A stretch of DNA of 64,000 bases from positions 9,670-73,669 of the forward strand of contig JADFYJ010000013.1 of the NCBI GenBank assembly GCA_015233115.1, in the 5' to 3' direction. This DNA comes from Candidatus Omnitrophota bacterium (lineage in GTDB: Bacteria; Omnitrophota; Gorgyraeia; Zapsychrales; Zapsychraceae). This document shows, in pieces, positions 58,557 through 64,000 of the stretch. Numbering within the stretch: position 1 is the first letter of the stretch; each line of letters opens with the position of its first letter. The position numbers were made by a program, and so were the translations under genes. Below the pieces are notes generated by a model. It was given only the letters and a program-made list of their open reading frames with translations. It was not told the origin of the DNA and made no database searches.

Positions 58557-60434
58557 TTATTCAATCCTTTCTATTGTCTTAAATTGAGCCACCAAATTGC
58601 GAAAAGCCAAAGCTTGAGCAGCCATTTCTTCCGCGGATGCAGCCAGCTGTTTTGAAGACGATGAATTCGATTCTGTAATCGCCATATTTTGTTCCATAGC
58701 CGCTGACTGTTCTTGAGTCATTTCCGATATCGACTGCAGTTGATGCGCTATGGTCGTGATATTTTCAATAATCAACTTGGTGCTTTCTCCCGCGCGTTTG
58801 GAAATATCAACGCCATTGGCCACTTGAGTTAAATTATCTTTAATCAAAATTTGAATTTCTTTTGCGGAGACAGCGCTGCGTGCGGCTAATTTACGGACTT
58901 CATCAGCGACGACAGCGAAACCTTTTCCATGTTCTCCCGCGCGCGCCGCTTCAATCGCCGCGTTTAACGCCAATAAATTGGTCTGGTCCGCGATATCTGT
59001 GATCAAGGTAACAGCCTCAGCCATTTGCCGCGAACCTTTTTCAATGTCCGCCATCGCCTCCACAGTGCTATCCATGGCCAAACCAGTTTTTTTAGCTTCT
59101 TCCGCTACATTTTGGGCAATATGACTCGCTGACCTGACATTTTCCGAGTTGGTTTGTACTGAACTGGATAATTCTTCAAATGACGCGGACTGCTGCTGCG
59201 CTCCATCAGAAATTTGATGAGATCCTGAGGAAACTTCTTCTGTGGCCACAGATAATTGATCTGCTGCCGCGCGAATCCGGATAATAATATTGGATAATTT
59301 ATCAGAAAACCCATCCATGACCCTCGTCATAATCCCTATCTCATCACCACGAGACATCTTAAGACGGCTCGTCAAATCATAATCAGCCATTTTATTTAGC
59401 GCATTCATCGCCTGATCCAAAGGACGGGTCATCGAAATTGCGATCGGAAAAACCAGAAAAATTCCAATTAAAACAAAAACGATCACACAAATTATAATCA
59501 TCATGCGGATTCTGATAACCGGTTCCAAAAATTCTGATAAATAGCTCCCTACCACTAAATACCAATCAAGGGTCTCATTATAAGAATAAGCCGCAATTTT
59601 TTTCCGCCCCTCCCAAGAATAACTAAAAGTTCCATTTTTTTCAGCAAGAATATGTTTAACAAAATCATATTGGCCTACATTTGTCCCCTCCAGCTTCGGA
59701 TGCAGGAGCAAATCCCCTTTGCTATTAATGATATAAACATACCCCGTTGCCCCTATCTTAAGCGCTTTCCAAGCCGCATGATGACTTTCAAAAATGTCCA
59801 TCACTTTAACGCCTGTAAACAATATGGCTGTGACCTGACCATCCCGATTTTTCATGGGACGGTATCTTACAAAATAGTCTTCACCCAGAATCGGTGCACG
59901 CCCAATATAATCACCATGAGAAGACATCACCTTGGCAAAAACTACTGGATCCAACTTAGTCCCTACGGCTCGTTTACCTTCCTTATTTTTAACTGTGGTC
60001 AATAAACGAATCGCCTCTCCATTTTCAACTTTAAAAATAGTCATCACATAACCATGTCCCGCTGCCGCAGCGACATAATCAATAAAACCTTGATTTTCCA
60101 TGTTGAATATACGTTTCTGCCCATCAGCGGAAACGCAGGTTAGACCCTGACCATCATTCTCGATAAATCGTTGCCCAATAGCGTAACCACTAAATGCCTT
60201 AGCTTCAATCAAGTGCAAAGCTGTTTCTAAATTTCTATCAAGGCCTTTAAGCGTATGGCTAACTTCCTGACTAAATCCCATGACCTGACCTTGTAATTTG
60301 TCTTTGATCTGCTCGACTAAAGCGCTATTCACTAAATTGTAGGTTACAATCCCCATAGAGAAAAGCGGCACCACAATAAAAGCGGATAATATAACGTTCA
60401 ACTTAAGCTTCATTTTCCAGTTATCTAAAAACAT
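58557..60434 (-). CDS. Methyl-accepting chemotaxis protein with Cache sensor domains
   Basis: Two TMs, Cache-type region ([20 protein letters not shown]), [34 protein letters not shown]. Confidence 0.93.
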   Translation of the reverse strand: MFLDNWKMKLKLNVILSAFIVVPLFSMGIVTYNLVNSALVEQIKDKLQGQVMGFSQEVSHTLKGLDRNLETALHLIEAKAFSGYAIGQRFIENDGQGLTCVSADGQKRIFNMENQGFIDYVAAAAGHGYVMTIFKVENGEAIRLLTTVKNKEGKRAVGTKLDPVVFAKVMSSHGDYIGRAPILGEDYFVRYRPMKNRDGQVTAILFTGVKVMDIFESHHAAWKALKIGATGYVYIINSKGDLLLHPKLEGTNVGQYDFVKHILAEKNGTFSYSWEGRKKIAAYSYNETLDWYLVVGSYLSEFLEPVIRIRMMIIICVIVFVLIGIFLVFPIAISMTRPLDQAMNALNKMADYDLTSRLKMSRGDEIGIMTRVMDGFSDKLSNIIIRIRAAADQLSVATEEVSSGSHQISDGAQQQSASFEELSSSVQTNSENVRSASHIAQNVAEEAKKTGLAMDSTVEAMADIEKGSRQMAEAVTLITDIADQTNLLALNAAIEAARAGEHGKGFAVVADEVRKLAARSAVSAKEIQILIKDNLTQVANGVDISKRAGESTKLIIENITTIAHQLQSISEMTQEQSAAMEQNMAITESNSSSSKQLAASAEEMAAQALAFRNLVAQFKTIERIE

Positions 60435-60482
60435 AACACCACGCTCCTTATGCCTGTGTCCTGTTGTGACTACATTACCAAA

Positions 60483-61226
60483 TCACGCTCCAAAGTCAAC
60501 TTCAATATCACTAAATATACGTCTTAACTTTGAAATCGCCAATTCTTGGTCTATAAAGTACGGGCTGGTGGCTATGGTGATAAAATCGCTGTTTTCAATG
60601 TATTGCTGAATAACATCGACCTTTAGATTTTCAGGAATATAATTCATTTCAGGCGCGAAAATATCCATATCCAAGTCTACGATATATTTACCCGGCCAAA
60701 CCGGCTTTTCAAAGGATTCTTTACTGTTAATCATGGCCAAATCGCTGAACAAACCCATATCCAATGCCGGCTTGATAAAATTTCCGACATTTAAAACTTT
60801 ATGACTGTAATCGAACGCGGCAGGAAGATCAATCTGGTCACAATTTCCGTCGAAAAACGATTGGGGATCGCGCAGATCTGTATGCTGATCTATATGGACT
60901 AAAAGATCAATGAGATCAATTTTCCGCTGGGCCAAACCCCATAACCAAATAAAAAAAGCGTGATTATGATTATCAAATATAAAAATATCCTTATGCCCCA
61001 GCCGCCAATGCACAAAATGCCTCAGTCCGCGGCAATTTTTCTCCAACCCATCGACCACCTCGCTGAAAACAACTTCCTCACCCGGCTTCACATCTTTCAA
61101 GCTTCCCTGAATAAATCCGGGCACAAAAATTTTCTTATTCACGCGCAGATCATAAGAAAACGCATTATTCCCTTCCGGCGTTTCAATATATAACCCTTTG
61201 TAAAAATCGCTTAATAAACTTTTCAT
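60483..61226 (-). CDS. UPF0489-family protein (arginase/deacetylase-like fold)
   Basis: DNHNHA, HIDQHTD, DLDMD.F and ITIATSP motifs. Confidence 0.75.
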   Translation of the reverse strand: MKSLLSDFYKGLYIETPEGNNAFSYDLRVNKKIFVPGFIQGSLKDVKPGEEVVFSEVVDGLEKNCRGLRHFVHWRLGHKDIFIFDNHNHAFFIWLWGLAQRKIDLIDLLVHIDQHTDLRDPQSFFDGNCDQIDLPAAFDYSHKVLNVGNFIKPALDMGLFSDLAMINSKESFEKPVWPGKYIVDLDMDIFAPEMNYIPENLKVDVIQQYIENSDFITIATSPYFIDQELAISKLRRIFSDIEVDFGA

Positions 61227-61229
61227 TTC

Positions 61230-61907
61230 TTAAATTTCATATTTTTTCTTAATACTTTCAAACCATTTCACAACGTCCGGCGTTGGTGCGTGTTCTCTCA
61301 ACCTGCTATCCAATATGTTTTTATCATCAACGTTAAACAATTGCAATTTATAACGTTTCGCGCCTCTAATCATCTGCTTAATCGACACAATATCATTTTC
61401 ATTCATCATCGAAGGGATATAAGTAGTGCGGAATTCATAATCAACGTTGGACTTCTTTATAATCTCAATACTTTGCTTAACCTGATCCGTAAAACCATCA
61501 ACACCGCTTACGACCGGATATTGATCAAACGAAGCTTTCACGTCCATAGCCACGTAATCCACCAGGTTCTGTTCGATCATGCCGCGCAACACGTCCGGCC
61601 GGCCGCCATTGGTATCCAGCTTCAGAGCATAACCCATGGCCTTCAATTTCATAGAAAACGGGAGGAGATCCGGCTGTAACGTCGGTTCCCCTCCCGTGAT
61701 AACAACTCCCCCAAGCTGGCCTCGCCGCTTGCTGAGAAAATCTAAAACTTCTTGTTCATGAAGCACGGCTGAATAACTGGCAAGATTGACCAATTCCGGA
61801 TTATGACAAAATGGACATCTAAAATTGCAACCCTGCACAAAAATCACTGCCGCGACCCGGCCCGGAAAATCGATCAAAGAAAACTTGATGAGACCGCCGA
61901 TTTTCAT
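61230..61907 (-). CDS. nrdG: Anaerobic ribonucleotide reductase activating enzyme
   Basis: SLIDFPG, GCNFRCPFCHN and TGGEPT motifs. Adjacent to nrdD. Confidence 0.92.
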   Translation of the reverse strand: MKIGGLIKFSLIDFPGRVAAVIFVQGCNFRCPFCHNPELVNLASYSAVLHEQEVLDFLSKRRGQLGGVVITGGEPTLQPDLLPFSMKLKAMGYALKLDTNGGRPDVLRGMIEQNLVDYVAMDVKASFDQYPVVSGVDGFTDQVKQSIEIIKKSNVDYEFRTTYIPSMMNENDIVSIKQMIRGAKRYKLQLFNVDDKNILDSRLREHAPTPDVVKWFESIKKKYEI

Positions 61908-61910
61908 GAT

Positions 61911-64000
61911 TTAGATCTTTGTCGTCGACGCCTCTGACTGTTCACCCGTCTTGACCGACTGCGCGTCAGGTGCAGCGACCTTGTTCAAAACATATGTCTT
62001 CCTACGGCTAAACTCTTCCTGTTTTCCCTTATTCCATTGATCCACCGGGCGCAAATATCCAACGACCCTGGAATACACTTCACAATGGCTCTCGCATTTA
62101 TTGCAAAATTTATGTTCTCCGGCAATATATCCGCAAGTCGGACAAACGCTAAACGTCGGCGTAACGGTAAAATAAGGCAAACGGTATTTGTAACAAATCG
62201 TTTTGATCAATTCACGTAACGCGCTGGGATCATTAATCTTTTCGCCGACGAAACCATGCAGAACTGTCCCGCCGGTATATTTGGTCTGTAAAGAATCCTG
62301 GTGATCCAATACTTCAAAAATATCATCAGAATGATCAACCGGCAAATGCGTCGAATTGGTATAGAATGGATTATCGGAATAATTATTTTTAAAACACGGC
62401 ATATCCGCGAAATTATCCTTATCCATCTGCGCCAGGCGGTAACACACCCCTTCAGCCGGAGTGGCTTCCAGATTGTAAATGCTGTCTGTCTCGTCCTGGA
62501 TTTTCATCATCTTATCGCGCATGAATATCAAAACCTTTTCGGAAAAGGCTTTGCCTTCCGGAGTCGCGATTCCCTTGTCCATCATATTGACGCACGCTTC
62601 ATTCATGCCGATCAGGCCGATGGTCGAGAAATGGTTCTTCCAATATTCATTGGTGCGTTTTTTGATATTACGCAGATAAAATTTCATGTATGGATAAAGA
62701 TTTCCGTCGGTAAACTGTTCAAGTATCTTCCGTTTAATTTCCAGACTTTCCTTGGCTAATTCCATCTTTTCTTCAATCAGTTTGAAGAAAGTAGCTTCGT
62801 CTTTTCCGGACAGATACGCCAAACGCGGCATATTAATCGTAACCACGCCGATAGAACCGGTTAACGGAGACGCTCCGAATAACCCGCCGCCTCTGCTTCT
62901 TAACTCGCGATTATCCAGACGCAAACGGCAGCACATACTGCGCGCGTCTTCAGGATCCATATCTGAGTTCACGAAATTTGAGAAATACGGAATGCCATAA
63001 CGCGCCGTCACTTCCCACAACGTATTCATATTCGGATTATCCCAATCAAAATCCTTGGTAATATTATAAGTCGGAATCGGGAAAGTGAATACCCGGCCCT
63101 TCGCGTCGCCTTCCATCATCACTTCCAGAAACGCGCGGTTGAGCATATCCATTTCAGTTTGAAATTCCCGATACGTCTTTTCTTTAATTTCTCCGCCGAT
63201 TACGACACCTTGTTCCGCGAAATGCTTGGGACAATGCAGATCCATCGTAATATTTGTAAACGGAGTTTGAAAACCAACGCGGGTCGGCACATTAATATTA
63301 AAAACAAATTCCTGTAAAGCCTGTTTAACTTCTTTATAACTCAAATTATCATAATGGATAAACGGAGCTAATAATGTATCAAAATTTGAAAACGCCTGAG
63401 CTCCGGCAGCCTCGCCTTGCAAAGTATAAAAGAAATTCACGATCTGCCCTAAAGCACTGCGGAAATGTTTAGCCGAAGCGGATTCCATTTTTCCCGGCGC
63501 GCCTTTAAAGCCGTTGGACAACAAATCATATAAATCCCATCCGACGCAATAAACACTGATCAAACCTAAATCATGGATATGAAAATCTCCATTATGATGC
63601 GCCACCTTCACCCGGGGAGGATAAATTTTATTCAGCCAATAAACCTTGCTTAATTCCGACGACAAATATTGATTCAAGCCCTGAAGGGAGAACGCCATGT
63701 TGCTATTTTCATTAACTTGCCAATCACTCTTGGACAAATATTGATCAACGAGATCCACATTGCTGCGGGAGGTGATTTCGCGGATCTGGGCGTGCTGATC
63801 GCGGTAAATGATATAACCTTTGGCGGTTTTGCGGTAGGGAGAGGTCAACAATACTTCTTCGACGATATCCTGAATCTCCTCAACCGTCGGAACTCTTTCG
63901 CCAAACATTTGCTGAGCAATATTTAATACGCGGAAGGTTAATTTTTGCGCTACATCTTCACCAAATTCTCCGCTGGCCTTTCCGGCTTTAACCAGCGCGT
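61911..64000 (-). CDS. nrdD: Class III anaerobic ribonucleoside-triphosphate reductase, with ATP-cone N-terminus beyond the window
   Basis: SMCCRL, EATPAEG, CPTC..C..C and YSRVVGYLRPV (glycyl radical) motifs. The frame stays open to the right edge. Confidence 0.95.
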   Translation of the reverse strand, partial: ALVKAGKASGEFGEDVAQKLTFRVLNIAQQMFGERVPTVEEIQDIVEEVLLTSPYRKTAKGYIIYRDQHAQIREITSRSNVDLVDQYLSKSDWQVNENSNMAFSLQGLNQYLSSELSKVYWLNKIYPPRVKVAHHNGDFHIHDLGLISVYCVGWDLYDLLSNGFKGAPGKMESASAKHFRSALGQIVNFFYTLQGEAAGAQAFSNFDTLLAPFIHYDNLSYKEVKQALQEFVFNINVPTRVGFQTPFTNITMDLHCPKHFAEQGVVIGGEIKEKTYREFQTEMDMLNRAFLEVMMEGDAKGRVFTFPIPTYNITKDFDWDNPNMNTLWEVTARYGIPYFSNFVNSDMDPEDARSMCCRLRLDNRELRSRGGGLFGASPLTGSIGVVTINMPRLAYLSGKDEATFFKLIEEKMELAKESLEIKRKILEQFTDGNLYPYMKFYLRNIKKRTNEYWKNHFSTIGLIGMNEACVNMMDKGIATPEGKAFSEKVLIFMRDKMMKIQDETDSIYNLEATPAEGVCYRLAQMDKDNFADMPCFKNNYSDNPFYTNSTHLPVDHSDDIFEVLDHQDSLQTKYTGGTVLHGFVGEKINDPSALRELIKTICYKYRLPYFTVTPTFSVCPTCGYIAGEHKFCNKCESHCEVYSRVVGYLRPVDQWNKGKQEEFSRRKTYVLNKVAAPDAQSVKTGEQSEASTTKI

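Noticed and set aside
393-63926. Numerous short + strand and alternate-frame ORFs in the track
   Set aside because: They are shadows of well-supported minus-strand genes and show no recognisable motifs.

Overview
A bacterial window of roughly 40% GC (estimated by eye). The gene content and repeat style suggest an uncultured anaerobe, possibly Omnitrophota-like; this is inference only. Positions 1-47.6 kb hold one co-oriented minus-strand surface-glycan locus of about 45 genes that runs off the left edge. It is headed by a winged-helix regulator with a consensus sigma70 promoter and a palindromic operator. It appears to encode three parallel ulosonic-acid pathways: (i) a GDP-linked legionaminic acid pathway with amidino, formyl, methyl and epimerisation tailoring, (ii) a second NeuB pathway coupled to a KdnB-like dehydrogenase and an aminotransferase, and (iii) a pyruvate-aldolase/KdsB module. 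It also carries radical SAM, carbamoyl- and O-acyltransferase genes. Positions 47.8-64 kb hold a cobalamin riboswitch-controlled TonB receptor, a BtuM-like S-component, metF, TlpA and CcdA, metH, an AbrB/PIN toxin-antitoxin pair, a chemoreceptor, UPF0489 and nrdG/nrdD. The intergenic DNA carries several families of REP-like palindromes. One forms a helix inside the riboswitch, another replaces the C-terminus of MetH, and two flank an orphan gene between ccdA and tlpA. All family assignments come from motif recognition, not database searches.
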